Source of the DNA: Nitrospirota bacterium
GTDB lineage: Bacteria; Nitrospirota; UBA9217
DNA: 64,000 bases
Assembly: GCA_963840455.1 (NCBI GenBank)
Contig: CAWIYV010000011.1
Span: forward strand, 832,001 to 896,000
Direction of reading: 5' to 3'
Both the position numbers and the translations under genes were made by a program. Shown here piece after piece: positions 50,060 to 62,053 of the stretch. A model generated the notes under the pieces. That model saw only the letters and a program-made list of their open reading frames with translations. It did not search any database and was not told where the DNA came from. Each line of letters starts with the position of its first letter. The first letter of the stretch is position 1.

Positions 50060-50655
50060 GTGGCTCGCTGTGCTAAGCATGCATGATACTGTTTCACGCT
50101 CCTGTATTGATCCATTATCTCCCGGCAGCGCTTCCCCTGCGGACGCGCTGCTTTCAGGTCGGTACTTGTTCCACGTCTGGTCGAGGCATGCATACGCACA
50201 GTCTCGCAGCCGGGCTGCCCGGGGTTTGGGTATGGCAGAAGCAGCGACAGTGGCCGTTGCCGCTGAGGCATTCCCATACGAAAATCCAGGAGCGAGCGCA
50301 TCCCCGCGGCTGTATCCGGGGATAGAAAGCGATTAGAATAAATACACAACCTTGAGGATCGAAGCTCCACTCCGTTTGCACCTGGGAGCTTAAATTTAGG
50401 CAGGCGACAGAGGACGAGGGTTAAACATTTCGGATGTTTGAAGCCCGAAGGGCGAGTTTCCGAAATGTACCGAGGACGACCGAGCATGGAACAAAGGTGT
50501 TTTCAGCGGGTGCCCTTTTGTGGAGGTCCTTAGTCCGAGCCGGAGGCTCCCTGTATGGCGACCTCCCGCGACTGACGCATCCGGACTCAGCCCCGGATCA
50601 CCTGTCGCAGGGATTCGGCCACCTTTCTTGGGCACGCAAGAAAGGGGACAAAGGT
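50060..50655 (-). repeat. Repeat mosaic (families A/B/C) between the ABC permease genes
   Basis: Reverse complement of blocks at 36635-36970 and 52872-53055. Confidence 0.8.
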
Positions 50656-50739
50656 CTCAACAGCTCTGCAGTCGCATCAATAGCGTTTTCCTTTTGTGAT
50701 GACTGGAATTTTCACCGGTTGTTTTATCAAATAAACATT

Positions 50740-51576
50740 ATGTCTAACAATAATCACGTCACTGACCTTGCCGGCAATCTCCCGGCTCTCATCGCGGTCG
50801 TCGTGCTGGCTGTCCTGGTGCTGACGGCGCTCATCGGACCTCTCCTCGTCAGGTACGACCCGCTCGCCGTGGACCTGGACAATTCGCGGCAGCCGCCGGG
50901 GAGGACGCATCTGCTCGGCACGGACAATATCGGCAGGGACATCCTGAGCCGCATGGTGCATGGAGCCCGCATCTCTCTCGGCGTCGGCATTGCCGCCTCG
51001 CTCTTCTCTCTCTGCATCGGCACCGTCTTCGGCCTCGTCGCAGGATACTTCGGCGGCAGGACGGATCTTGTCCTTTCCCAGGTATTCGATATTTTCCTGG
51101 CCTTCCCCAGCCTGATCCTGGCCATCGGGATAAGCGCCATCATGTCGCCCGGTCTCTTCTCGGCGATGCTGGCCATCACCCTCGTGAGCTGGGCCGGCTT
51201 CGCCCGGCTCGTCCGAGGCATGACCCTGTCCCTGAAGGAGCAGACCTACGTCGAGGCCTCGCGCGCCATAGGCGCCACGACCGGCAGGGTCCTCTTCCGG
51301 CACATTCTTCCGAACGCTCTTCCGCTCCTGCTGGTTGCCGGCAGCCTGCGCGTCGGCGGGTTCATTCTGCTCGAGGCCGCGCTGTCCTTCTTGGGGCTCG
51401 GCGTCCAACCCCCCACACCCACCTGGGGCTCCATGATCAGCCTGAACCGGATGTACATCAACTCCGCACCCTGGATGGTCATCTTCCCGGGGCTCGCCAT
51501 CAGCATCACGGTCGTCTCGTTCAACATCCTCGGGGACTTCCTGCGCGACAAACTGGACCCGCGGTTCCAGGCGTAG
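50740..51576 (+). CDS. Peptide/nickel ABC transporter permease (OppC/DppC family)
   Basis: HLLGTDNIGRD, RHILPN and LSFLGLG..PTWG. Confidence 0.92.
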   Translation: MSNNNHVTDLAGNLPALIAVVVLAVLVLTALIGPLLVRYDPLAVDLDNSRQPPGRTHLLGTDNIGRDILSRMVHGARISLGVGIAASLFSLCIGTVFGLVAGYFGGRTDLVLSQVFDIFLAFPSLILAIGISAIMSPGLFSAMLAITLVSWAGFARLVRGMTLSLKEQTYVEASRAIGATTGRVLFRHILPNALPLLLVAGSLRVGGFILLEAALSFLGLGVQPPTPTWGSMISLNRMYINSAPWMVIFPGLAISITVVSFNILGDFLRDKLDPRFQA

Positions 51577-51607
51577 CAGAATCCGTACATACGATGGACA
51601 ATGGCTT

Positions 51608-51708
51608 AACCGCGAAGACGCTAAGGACGCGAAGGAAGTCCTAGGAAGGCAGATCCGTAAAGACTGATCGACAACGGTTTTCTTGGCGCTCTTCGCGCCT
51701 TCGCGGTT
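51608..51708. repeat. Imperfect palindrome built from 9-bp units
   Basis: AACCGCGAAGACGCTAAGGACGCGAAGG / CTTGGCGCTCTTCGCGCCTTCGCGGTT. Confidence 0.65.
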
Positions 51709-51763
51709 CAAAGAAGCTGATCCGCACTTTCCGGAGTACTGCAGTACGGCCATTCAGAAGGAT

Positions 51764-52564
51764 ATGCATATATACCCGAAAAAATCCCTCGGCCAGAACT
51801 TTCTCACGGACCCTCACTATCTCCGGAGGATCGTTGACGCAGCGCAGGTCGGTCCTGCGGACCAGGTGCTCGAGATCGGCCCGGGGTTGGGGCATCTCAC
51901 GCGGGAACTCGCCGCACGGGCAGGCAGGCTCGTGGTCATCGAGCTGGACGACCGTCTCATTCCCCGGCTCCATGAGGAGTTCGGCCCGGTGCCTCATGTC
52001 GAGATCGTGCATGCTGACGCACTGACGTATGACTACGGGCTGCTTACGGGAACGTGGAAGGTCGTTGCGAACCTTCCTTACTATATTTCAACGCCCATCC
52101 TCCAGCGGTTGATCGGCCATCGCGACCGCTTCACCACGCTTACTCTCATGCTCCAGAAGGAGGTCGCAGAACGGATCGCGGCATCACCTGGGGGAAAGGA
52201 ATACGGATTCCTATCGGTGCTGGTCCAGTATTCGGCATCGCCCCATATGGAGTTCATCGTGCCGGCGGGCGCCTTCTCTCCCCGTCCGAAGGTCGATTCG
52301 GCCGTAGTGACGCTGACCATGCGCGTGCACCGGGAGCATATTGCCGGGGACGAATCGTTCTTTTTGCGTGTGATCAAGGCAGCATTCTCCCAGAGAAGAA
52401 AGACCCTGCGGAACTCCCTGTCACAGCTCGGCTATCCTCGTGAGGTTATGGACAGCGTCCCGGCCGGGACCGGCATAGACCTGGGCCGCAGAGCTGAGAC
52501 CTTGAGCGTTGCTGAGTTCGTGCTTCTTTCGGATTTTCTAGGGAGAGAACATATTGAAAAATAA
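51764..52564 (+). CDS. rsmA: 16S rRNA adenine dimethyltransferase
   Basis: KKSLGQNFL, EIGPGLG, NLPYYI and QRRKTLRN. Confidence 0.96.
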   Translation: MHIYPKKSLGQNFLTDPHYLRRIVDAAQVGPADQVLEIGPGLGHLTRELAARAGRLVVIELDDRLIPRLHEEFGPVPHVEIVHADALTYDYGLLTGTWKVVANLPYYISTPILQRLIGHRDRFTTLTLMLQKEVAERIAASPGGKEYGFLSVLVQYSASPHMEFIVPAGAFSPRPKVDSAVVTLTMRVHREHIAGDESFFLRVIKAAFSQRRKTLRNSLSQLGYPREVMDSVPAGTGIDLGRRAETLSVAEFVLLSDFLGREHIEK

Positions 52565-52587
52565 GTATAAATATAAACTTGAAAAAC

Positions 52588-52616
52588 TTGACAAGACTAA
52601 ATTAATATGGTATATA
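52588..52616 (+). promoter_or_regulatory. Sigma70-type promoter with no downstream CDS
   Basis: TTGACA-N17-TATATA with extended TG, in an AT-rich tract. Confidence 0.55.
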
Positions 52617-52871
52617 TTGTTCAGTCCTTAACGGCATGAGGCACATCCCGATCTTGCGACGGATCGGGACTCCGGCCTTAGGCCTCCCTCCAAAACCCCG
52701 GCAGATGATGTACTGTTTGCCGGGGTCCTCCTTTTTAGGGTCGTCTCCTTACGTCAAGCAATGGATGATAACGGTGAGACTTTTTTCCGGCAGGTGCCGT
52801 GTTTTCACAGGGCCGCTCCGGGGACGGGCAGGGAGGGGTGATAAGCAAGCTCTTGAACCTGCTCACCCCAA

Positions 52872-53300
52872 CCCCGGGCAGCCCGGCTGCGACGTCTGGG
52901 CGTATGCATGGCCCTTCACCATACTGAACAAGCACAGATGCTTCTTAGCAGCGCGTCCGCAGGGGAAGCGCTGCCGGGATTCGACGAAGCGATTCGGAAC
53001 ACCAAGCAGCGTTCTGCATGCTTAGCACTGCGGAGCCACCGGGCTGCCCAAAAAGAGAATCATTTTTCTTCTGCGGTCCGGCTCGCACTGCGCTGCAGGC
53101 ATGCAGTTTGTCAGTGGTTTCCTTTTCTGCTCTATCCTATCCTCAGCACTTCCGCTGGCGCACGTGCTGGAAGCGACACGGTGATTTGCCATGCTTCCGT
53201 GACCCATGCCTATGCATCGTCAGTGCTCACGGACCGCAGGGGCCTTTGGAACTGCGAGAATCTAAGTCTTGAGCCTGCCTCACCCCAACACCGAGGTAGC
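52872..53300 (+). repeat. Repeat family C, left arm of an inverted pair of about 430 bp
   Basis: Near-identical to the reverse complement of 55020-55449. Confidence 0.9.
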
Positions 53301-53406
53301 CCGGCTGCGATGACTGGACGTATGCATGTGGGCCCTGGCTTCCCCCTTTTACCTTGACATTTCACCGTCGTATTTTATAATACTCCATCATTTTTCTGGA
53401 GAGCAT

Positions 53407-53985
53407 ATGAAGGAAGCGATCATCAAGATAGTTGAAGAAGGCGCGCGTGTAAAGACGGCGTTCTTCAAGGAGAACGCGGACCGGATCGTCGAGGTCGTGC
53501 ACCTCATCGCCCAGGCGTTCCGCGACGGCAAAAAAGTGCTCCTCTTCGGGAACGGCGGCAGCGCCACCGACGCGTGCCACATCGCCGCGGAGTTCGTCAA
53601 CCGCTTCCTCATTGACCGCCCGCCGCTCCCGGCAATCGCGCTGAACACCGATCCCGCGGTGCTCACGAGCATCAGCAATGATTTCGGCTACGACCAGATA
53701 TTCTCCAAGCAGCTCCGGGCCCTCGGACACGACGGGGACGTGGTCATCGGCCTCAGCACCAGCGGCAATTCATCCAACGTCATCAAGGCACTCGAGGTGG
53801 CGAAGAAGGGCGGCATGAAGACCGTGGTCCTGACCGGCGGCAGCGGCGGCAAGATGGTGAACATGGCCGACTTCACCTTCATCGTCCCGTCGAAGCACAC
53901 GCCGCACATCCAGGAGACCCACATCACCCTCGGTCACATTATCTGCCAGATGGTGGATGAAGAACTCTTCGGCGGGAAGCGGTGA
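53407..53985 (+). CDS. gmhA: D-sedoheptulose 7-phosphate isomerase
   Basis: GNGGSA, NDFGY, STSGNS and IQETH. Confidence 0.95.
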   Translation: MKEAIIKIVEEGARVKTAFFKENADRIVEVVHLIAQAFRDGKKVLLFGNGGSATDACHIAAEFVNRFLIDRPPLPAIALNTDPAVLTSISNDFGYDQIFSKQLRALGHDGDVVIGLSTSGNSSNVIKALEVAKKGGMKTVVLTGGSGGKMVNMADFTFIVPSKHTPHIQETHITLGHIICQMVDEELFGGKR

Positions 53986-53989
53986 ACCC

Positions 53990-54925
53990 ATGAGCGCCTT
54001 CGACCCCACGCGGATCAAGACCTACTCCCTCAAAGACCGCGCCAGCAAGGTCCGCATCGACGAGCTCGCCTCGCCGCACCGGAAAGGCGGATCCTTCAAG
54101 GACTTCTTCTCATCGCTCCCGCACATCCTCGCTTCAAAGCACCTGCACGACGTGGCCGCTGCCGTGGTGCAGGCCCGCAGGGACAAGCGTCCGGTCATGC
54201 TCGGCATGGGCGCCCATCCCATCAAGGTCGGCCTCACCCCGGTGATCATCGACCTCATGGAGCGCCGCATCATCACCAGTCTGTCGCTCAACGGGGCCGG
54301 GATCATCCACGACTTCGAGTTGGCGCTGATCGGTCAGACCTCGGAGGACGTGGACAAGGAGATCCTCTCGGGCGCATTCGGCATGGCCGAGGAAACGGGC
54401 AGCATGATCAACAACGCGGTCCGGAGCGGAGCAGAGCAGGGCCTGGGCATCGGCGAAGCAGTGGGCAGGATGGTCCTGTCCGGCGACTTCCCCTATAAGG
54501 ACAAGAGCCTTCTGGCAGCCGGAGCGCGTCTCGGCATCCCGGTGACCGTTCATGTGGCGATCGGTACCGACATCATCCACATGCACCCTTCATTCGACGG
54601 CAAGGCGACCGGCGAAGCGGCGGCCCGGGACTTCCGGAAGTTCTGCTCTCTCGTCGCAGACCTCGAGGGCGGCGTCTACATGAACCTCGGTTCGGCGGTC
54701 CTCCTGCCCGAGATATTCCTGAAAGCGGTGACCCTCGGCCGCAACCTTGGTCACACCCTCAAACACTTCACCACGGTGAACATGGACTTCATCCAGCACT
54801 ACCGCCCGAGCGCCAATGTGGTGCGCCGCCCGACCCACGGCGGAGGAACGGGTTTTGCCCTCACCGGCCACCACGAGATCATGTTCCCCCTCCTCGCCGC
54901 TGCCATCATCGAGCTGTCCTCGTAA
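53990..54925 (+). CDS. Conserved hypothetical protein, possibly deoxyhypusine-synthase-like fold
   Basis: GAHPIKVG, GSAVLLPEIFLK and GHHEIM; strong codon bias. Confidence 0.75.
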   Translation: MSAFDPTRIKTYSLKDRASKVRIDELASPHRKGGSFKDFFSSLPHILASKHLHDVAAAVVQARRDKRPVMLGMGAHPIKVGLTPVIIDLMERRIITSLSLNGAGIIHDFELALIGQTSEDVDKEILSGAFGMAEETGSMINNAVRSGAEQGLGIGEAVGRMVLSGDFPYKDKSLLAAGARLGIPVTVHVAIGTDIIHMHPSFDGKATGEAAARDFRKFCSLVADLEGGVYMNLGSAVLLPEIFLKAVTLGRNLGHTLKHFTTVNMDFIQHYRPSANVVRRPTHGGGTGFALTGHHEIMFPLLAAAIIELSS

Positions 54926-55019
54926 TCTCACTGCCCACATGCTCTCCGCGTGCAGACCAATCCATGTAAGGAAATAAGAATCAAACACTTCACAGATGTT
55001 CGCGATGCTGTTTTTTTGG

Positions 55020-55449
55020 GTAGCCCGGTGTTGGGGTGAGGCAGGTTCAAGACTTAGATTCTCGCAGTTCCAAAGGCCCCTGCGGTCCGTGAGCACTGAC
55101 GATGCATAGGCATGGGTCACGGAAGCATGGCAAATCACCGTGTCGCTTCCAGCACGTGCGCCAGCGGAAGTGCTGAGGATAGGATAGAGCAGAAAAGGAA
55201 ACCACCGACAAACTGCATGCCTGCAGCGCAGTGCGAGCCGGATTGCAGAAAAAAAATGATTCTCTTTTTGGGCAGCCCGGTGGCTCCGCTGTGCTAAGCA
55301 TGCAGGGCGCATGTGCTTGTTCTCGTCATGATCTGGCATTTCCCGGCAGCGCTTCCCCTGCGGACGCGCTGCTAAGAAGCATCTGTGCTTGTTCAGTATG
55401 GTGAAGGGCCATGCATACGCCCAGACGTCGCAGCCGGGCTGCCCGGGGT
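55020..55449 (-). repeat. Repeat family C, right arm of the inverted pair
   Basis: Reverse complement of 52872-53300. Confidence 0.9.
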
Positions 55450-55649
55450 TTTGGTAAAAGCTTAAGATTAGTTCAGACTCTCGCAGTTCCCAGAGCCCTT
55501 TCGGTCCGTGAGCACTGACGGTGATCAATTTCGTTCTGGACGCGAAGGAGGTGCAAAAATGGCTGACCTTTAGAATTCTCCGCGTTTGAGGGAAGGTAGT
55601 TTCAACACCGATGGCTGCATGGGTAACGGCTGATCAGGGGATGGTCATA

Positions 55650-56750
<1,101 letters not shown>

Positions 56751-56767
56751 TCACCGGCCTGCAAGGA

Positions 56768-57637
56768 CTACCCGATCTTCCGGTATACGGTTGAGGTAAT
56801 GCGCCGAAGCGGCAGGTCAAAGCCGTGGACGCTCTCGGAGTGCCCCAGGAACAGATACCCGTCAGGCTTCAGCACGCGGCAGAAGCGGGAAATGAGCCGC
56901 TCCTGGGTGCTCCGGTCGAAGTAGATGATGACGTTCCGGCAGAAAATAATGTCCAGCGGATCGGAAAAGGAAAAGCTCTCTTCCATGAGGTTCAGCCGTT
57001 TGAACTGTACGGCAGCCCGCAGCTCGGGCACGATGCGCACAAGGTTCCTTCCCCGGTCCTTGCTCCGGAGAACGTATCGCTGCTTGAGCGCGTCAGGTAC
57101 TGCCGCGATCCGGTCTTCGTCGTAGATCCCATCCCTGGCGCGGTCAAGGACCTTGGTGGAAATATCCGTTGCAATGATAGAGAAGCGGAGCGCCGGATGC
57201 TGGTATGCAAATTCGGAAAGCACCATGGCAAGCGTATAGGGCTCCTCGCCTGTCGAACAACCGGCGCTCCAGAGGAACAACGGCCTGTCCCTCAGCTTCG
57301 ACCCCTCCTTCTCTGAAAGAACCTCGGGGAGGATCGTCTTGGCAAGATATTGGAAGTGGGCCGGTTCGCGAAAAAAGTCGGTCTTGTTCGTGGTCACCGC
57401 GTCGAGCATATGGACCAGCTCGCCGCGCCCGTCCTCACCGCGAATGAGCGCGAAGTACTCTTTGAAGGTGGGGATGTTCAGGGCCCGGAGCCGCTTCTGG
57501 AGGCGGGCCTCGAGCATGATCTTCTTGCTCGGCGGCATCTTGATGCCGCATTGGCCGATGATGAACTCGCTGAACCGGCCGAACTCGGCCTGCGTCATGG
57601 CTTTTGCGACCCCGGGGGAATAAGTTCGGTCGTTCAT
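56768..57637 (-). CDS. cheR: Chemotaxis methyltransferase
   Basis: TTNKTDFFRE, WSAGCSTGEEPY and CRNVIIYF. Confidence 0.96.
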   Translation of the reverse strand: MNDRTYSPGVAKAMTQAEFGRFSEFIIGQCGIKMPPSKKIMLEARLQKRLRALNIPTFKEYFALIRGEDGRGELVHMLDAVTTNKTDFFREPAHFQYLAKTILPEVLSEKEGSKLRDRPLFLWSAGCSTGEEPYTLAMVLSEFAYQHPALRFSIIATDISTKVLDRARDGIYDEDRIAAVPDALKQRYVLRSKDRGRNLVRIVPELRAAVQFKRLNLMEESFSFSDPLDIIFCRNVIIYFDRSTQERLISRFCRVLKPDGYLFLGHSESVHGFDLPLRRITSTVYRKIG

Positions 57638-57652
57638 GCGTTCATCTGCCGG

Positions 57653-59263
57653 TTATGATCGCGCTTCGCCGCTGCTTTGATGCGGACGGCCCCTGTCCGC
57701 ACCCGGCCGCGGACTGCCGGGGAGCGCATGCGTTCCGGTCCCGGCCGATAGCCGGTCCGTTTCCCGCTCGGCGACCCGAAAGAAGGCGATCGTGTTCTGC
57801 AGCTGATCGGCCTGCGACGCGAGCTCCTCTGCCGTGGACGCGACCTCCTCGGTAGCTCCCGCGTTCTGCTGCACCACCTGGTTCAGCTGCTGGATGGCAT
57901 TGTTGATCTGCTCCGCCCCCGATTTCTGCTCCCTGCTCGCTGCGCTGATCTCCTGCACGAGCTCCGCCGTCTTTTGGATATCCGGCACCAGGCGTGACAG
58001 CATGGCGCCGGCCTGCTCCGCCACGAGGGCGCCCACTGCAGACAGCTCGCTGATCTCCGCGGCTGCCGCCTGGCTCCGTTCCGCCAGCTTGCGCACCTCC
58101 GCCGCCACGACGGCGAATCCCCTGCCGTGCTCCCCTGCCCGCGCCGCTTCGATCGCCGCGTTCAGGGCCAGCAGGTTCGTTTGGCGGGCGATCTCCTCGA
58201 TGATCGAGATCTTCTCGATGATGTTCTTCATCGCCGTCCCGGCCTCTGCCACGGCATTTCCGCTCTCCCGGGCGTCCGCCGCGGACTTGACCGCCATCTT
58301 CTCGGTCTGGGCAGCATTGTCGGCGTTCTGCCTGATGGTCGCGTTCATTTCCTCGATTGATGCCGATGCCTCTTCGGTCGAGGCGGCCTGCTCCGCGGTG
58401 CCCTGGGACATTGCTCCGGCGCCAACCGAGAGCTGCTCGCTTCCCGAGGCGACATTGTTCGCCGCCGTCCTCACGTCGGCGACCACGCTCCGCAGCTTTT
58501 CGACCATGTGCTGCATGGCGATCAGCAGCTGACCCATCTCATCCTTGCCCCATGCCGCGATCGATACATCAAGATGTCCCGCTGCCAGTTCCGTGGCGAT
58601 CTTGACACCTTTCCTGAGCGGCAGCGTGATGCTCCGGGTGATGAGCACCGCAATGCTGATGCCCAGCAGGATGGCGCCCCCTCCCAGCAGCGCAAGCGTT
58701 AACGGGGCCTGGCGGGCGGTTTCCACGTTCCGCTGGGAAAGGATCTGGGCCTCGCCGACCTGATCCAGCCGGAACGCGTTGACCTTATCCACCAGCAGGT
58801 TCGCCGCCCCGTTCACCGGCTCCATCGCCCGGTTGCCGGCGGAGGTGCCTTCCTTGGTATACGTGTCGGCCATGCGTTTTCCCATGTCGTAGAACCGGTC
58901 GAACAGGGTCTCCAGCGCCTCGATCTCCTGTATCCCCTTGGCATTGTTCTCTTTGACGAACATCTCCCGGAACGACCGCGCTCCGTTCCGGAAGCCTTCC
59001 GCCGCAGATTCAGCGCTGTTCATGCTTTTCGGATCGCGCGTGGCAGCCACGTCCGTGAGGAACTGCTGTGTCTGCACTACCTTGAGCGCCATGGTCTCGG
59101 CGAGCAGTGCATGCGGAAGACGCTCATCAGCGAGCAGGCGGGAGTTTGTCTCGATATCCCTGACCGCAATGCTCGTGAGGAGGATCGCCAGACCGAATAC
59201 AGCCAGGAGAACGCCGAAACCGAGGAACAGCCGCATGCCGATCTTGAGATCACCTAACTTCAT
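57653..59263 (-). CDS. Methyl-accepting chemotaxis protein
   Basis: Two TM segments, HAMP domain and [27 protein letters not shown]. Confidence 0.96.
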   Translation of the reverse strand: MKLGDLKIGMRLFLGFGVLLAVFGLAILLTSIAVRDIETNSRLLADERLPHALLAETMALKVVQTQQFLTDVAATRDPKSMNSAESAAEGFRNGARSFREMFVKENNAKGIQEIEALETLFDRFYDMGKRMADTYTKEGTSAGNRAMEPVNGAANLLVDKVNAFRLDQVGEAQILSQRNVETARQAPLTLALLGGGAILLGISIAVLITRSITLPLRKGVKIATELAAGHLDVSIAAWGKDEMGQLLIAMQHMVEKLRSVVADVRTAANNVASGSEQLSVGAGAMSQGTAEQAASTEEASASIEEMNATIRQNADNAAQTEKMAVKSAADARESGNAVAEAGTAMKNIIEKISIIEEIARQTNLLALNAAIEAARAGEHGRGFAVVAAEVRKLAERSQAAAAEISELSAVGALVAEQAGAMLSRLVPDIQKTAELVQEISAASREQKSGAEQINNAIQQLNQVVQQNAGATEEVASTAEELASQADQLQNTIAFFRVAERETDRLSAGTGTHALPGSPRPGADRGRPHQSSGEARS

Positions 59264-59322
59264 GGTCCTGTTCCGCCTTTTTTCCGATGGAGGGTGCGAT
59301 CTGTCGCGCGCGCACGGTAGCG

Positions 59323-59826
59323 CTACACGATGACCTGTGCAGGCCCTTCCCCCTGCTTTACCAGGGCAAGCTCATCCATCGAGAACACCCGGTCAATGTC
59401 CAGGATGATGATGAAACGGTCCTGCTGCCTGCCCATACCCTTGATGAACTCCGTCCTGAGCTTGGTCCCGATCCTGGGCGGCGGCGCGATGCTCGCTGCA
59501 TCGAGATCGAGCACTTCCTGCACCGAATCGGCGAGCGCGCCCAGTACGACCGTATCATTGTCCACTGAGACCTCGGCGATGATGATGCAGGTGTTCACCG
59601 TCTTCTCTGTTGCGGTCATGCCGAACTTGAGCCGCAGATCGACGACCGGCACCACGCTCCCCCGGAGATTGATGACCCCCCGCATGAAATCCGGCGTTCG
59701 CGGCACCTTGGTCACGGTGGTGAAGTCCAGCACCTCGCGAACCTTGGTGATATCGAGCGCAAAGATCTCGTCATCCAGCCTGAAAGTCAGGTACTGCGTC
59801 ATTTCCGTCAGATCGGGTGTGGCCAT
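59323..59826 (-). CDS. cheW: Chemotaxis coupling protein
   Basis: [15 protein letters not shown]. Confidence 0.95.
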   Translation of the reverse strand: MATPDLTEMTQYLTFRLDDEIFALDITKVREVLDFTTVTKVPRTPDFMRGVINLRGSVVPVVDLRLKFGMTATEKTVNTCIIIAEVSVDNDTVVLGALADSVQEVLDLDAASIAPPPRIGTKLRTEFIKGMGRQQDRFIIILDIDRVFSMDELALVKQGEGPAQVIV

Positions 59827-59898
59827 GGCTGCCTCCTGGTGAGATCCGGGAAGCGTGTCACCGCCTGCTTCCCGGCAATCCATCGTAGCGCCACTCTC

Positions 59899-62022
59899 TT
59901 ATGCCTTCGTGTCTTCCCTCTCCACTGTCTGGATGAGCTTGGGCACATCAAGGATGAGCGCAACGCTCCCGTCGCCGAGGATCGTCGCGCCGGAGAGGCC
60001 TTCGAGGCCCTTGTACATCCTGCCGAGGTTCTTGATCACCGTTTGGTGGCCGCCGACCACGTGGTCCACCACGAAGCCTACCCGGGCGTTCTCCACCTTC
60101 GTGATCACGACCTGTTCGATCGCAGGCCGATCGCCGGATATGCCGAACCGTTCCCGCAGCCGGATGAACGGCACGATCTCGCCCCGCACGTTCAGGAGAT
60201 CGCGGTCGCCGGTCTTCGCCAGCGCCGCGGAAAGCTCGACGCATTCATCGACAAGGGACAACGGGAACACGAAGTGGTCGGTCCCGATCTTGGTCAGGAA
60301 TCCGTCGATGATGGCGAGGGTCAGGGGTAGTTTGAGCGTGATGGTCGTTCCCGTTCCCCGCGTACTGCCGATCTCCAGGTTGCCGCGCAGCGCCTCGATC
60401 GCCTGCTTCACCACGTCCATGCCGACGCCCCGGCCGGAGACATCGCTCACCTCTTTGGCCGTTGAGAAGCCCGGCGCAAGAATGAGCGTAAACAGGTCCT
60501 TCTCGGACAGCTCCGCGTCCGGGGAGATCATTCCTTTTTCGATGCCTTTTCGGCGGATGGCCTCAACATTGATCCCGGCTCCGTCGTCCTCGATCCGAAT
60601 AAGCACGTGTGCGCCGGAGTGGGCGGCCGACAGCCTGATCGTACCGTGGCGCGGCTTCCCCAGAGATTCACGCTCGCCGGGCATCTCGATGCCGTGATCG
60701 ATGCAGTTCCGGATGAGATGGACCAGCGGGTCGTGGAGCTTTTCGATGACCGACTTGTCGAGCTCCGTGTCTGCGCCATCCATGATGAGCTCCACGCTCT
60801 TGCCCAGGTTCTGTGACAGATCGCGCACGACGCGCTTGAACTTCGTGAAGATCGTACCGATGGGAAGCATCCGGATGCTCATGGTATTATCCCGGAGCTC
60901 GGCGGTGAGCCGCTCCACTTCCTCGGCGATGGACAACAGGACTGCGCTTGTCCCTGCCGTCGCCACCTGGGTCAGCCGTGCCTGTACCGTGACGAGCTCG
61001 CCGACAAGGTCCACCAGCTTGTCGAGCTTGCCGGACTGGACCCGGATGCTCATCATCTCTTCGGATTTCTGTCGCTCCCGCCGGAGTTCGCGCACGTGCT
61101 GCTGTTCGGTGAGCGCGGCCTCCACCCGGTCGTTGTCAGCAAGCCCCTTCTCTACAACAATCTCGCCAAAGCGCTTCTGCTCCGATGAGATGTTCTGCAC
61201 GTCCGCAGGTGACAGGTCGCCACGCGCCACAAGGATCTCGCCCAGTTTTTTATACTCCTCGTGCTCGGTCAGATCCCCTTCCATCTCGATTGGCTCGATA
61301 AGGATCTCGCTCGAATCCTGCACGAAGATGAACACGTCCTTGATGGCGTTCAATCCGCGTTTTGTGGTCAGGATAACGTCCCAATAGACGTAGCAGAGCT
61401 CGGGATCCAGCGTGTCCAGCGGCGGGATGTCTCCAAGCTGCGCCACGACCCGGCACGAGCCGAGGGAACGGAGCTCGTCGAGCAGGTTCTGGGGATCGGT
61501 CCCGGTCTGGAAAATCGTCCGCGAGGGCCGGAACCGTATCCGATACGTGGCTTGCCGTTGTTCTTCGCTCGCTGACGATTCGGCAGGCGGTGCCGGTCGC
61601 TTCGTTTTCCGGTTGAAGCCTTCCGGCAGCAGGCCCCGGAAACCGCCGATAATCTGCTCCGTGGCCCCGTGCGCCGCGGGTTTCTTCCCGTAGAACTCAT
61701 CGAACAGGGCTGCGATCTGGTCGCGGGCAGCCAGGGTCAGGTCGATGATCTCCCGGGACACCGCCAGCTTGTCATTGCGAATGGCGTCGTAGACGGTTTC
61801 GACCTCATGGGCGAAATGGGATATGTTCTCGAACCCGCAGGCGCCGCCCGATCCCTTGATCGTGTGCAGGGCGCGAAAGACCCTGCCGATCACTTCCTTG
61901 TCCCGCGGGGCCTCTTCGAGGGCAAGCAGGGCGCTCTCGAGCTCACCGAGGAGCTCGTATGCCTCGCTCTTGAACATCTCCCGCAGAACATTCAGATCAA
62001 AGGCATCGTTCTGTTCGCTCAT
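59899..62022 (-). CDS. cheA: Chemotaxis histidine kinase
   Basis: HTIKG Hpt, RNCIDHG, DDGAG, SGRGVGMDVV and a CheW domain. Confidence 0.96.
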   Translation of the reverse strand: MSEQNDAFDLNVLREMFKSEAYELLGELESALLALEEAPRDKEVIGRVFRALHTIKGSGGACGFENISHFAHEVETVYDAIRNDKLAVSREIIDLTLAARDQIAALFDEFYGKKPAAHGATEQIIGGFRGLLPEGFNRKTKRPAPPAESSASEEQRQATYRIRFRPSRTIFQTGTDPQNLLDELRSLGSCRVVAQLGDIPPLDTLDPELCYVYWDVILTTKRGLNAIKDVFIFVQDSSEILIEPIEMEGDLTEHEEYKKLGEILVARGDLSPADVQNISSEQKRFGEIVVEKGLADNDRVEAALTEQQHVRELRRERQKSEEMMSIRVQSGKLDKLVDLVGELVTVQARLTQVATAGTSAVLLSIAEEVERLTAELRDNTMSIRMLPIGTIFTKFKRVVRDLSQNLGKSVELIMDGADTELDKSVIEKLHDPLVHLIRNCIDHGIEMPGERESLGKPRHGTIRLSAAHSGAHVLIRIEDDGAGINVEAIRRKGIEKGMISPDAELSEKDLFTLILAPGFSTAKEVSDVSGRGVGMDVVKQAIEALRGNLEIGSTRGTGTTITLKLPLTLAIIDGFLTKIGTDHFVFPLSLVDECVELSAALAKTGDRDLLNVRGEIVPFIRLRERFGISGDRPAIEQVVITKVENARVGFVVDHVVGGHQTVIKNLGRMYKGLEGLSGATILGDGSVALILDVPKLIQTVEREDTKA

Positions 62023-62053
62023 CGTCCCGCTCTCCCTTCCGCGCGGCGCCCCG

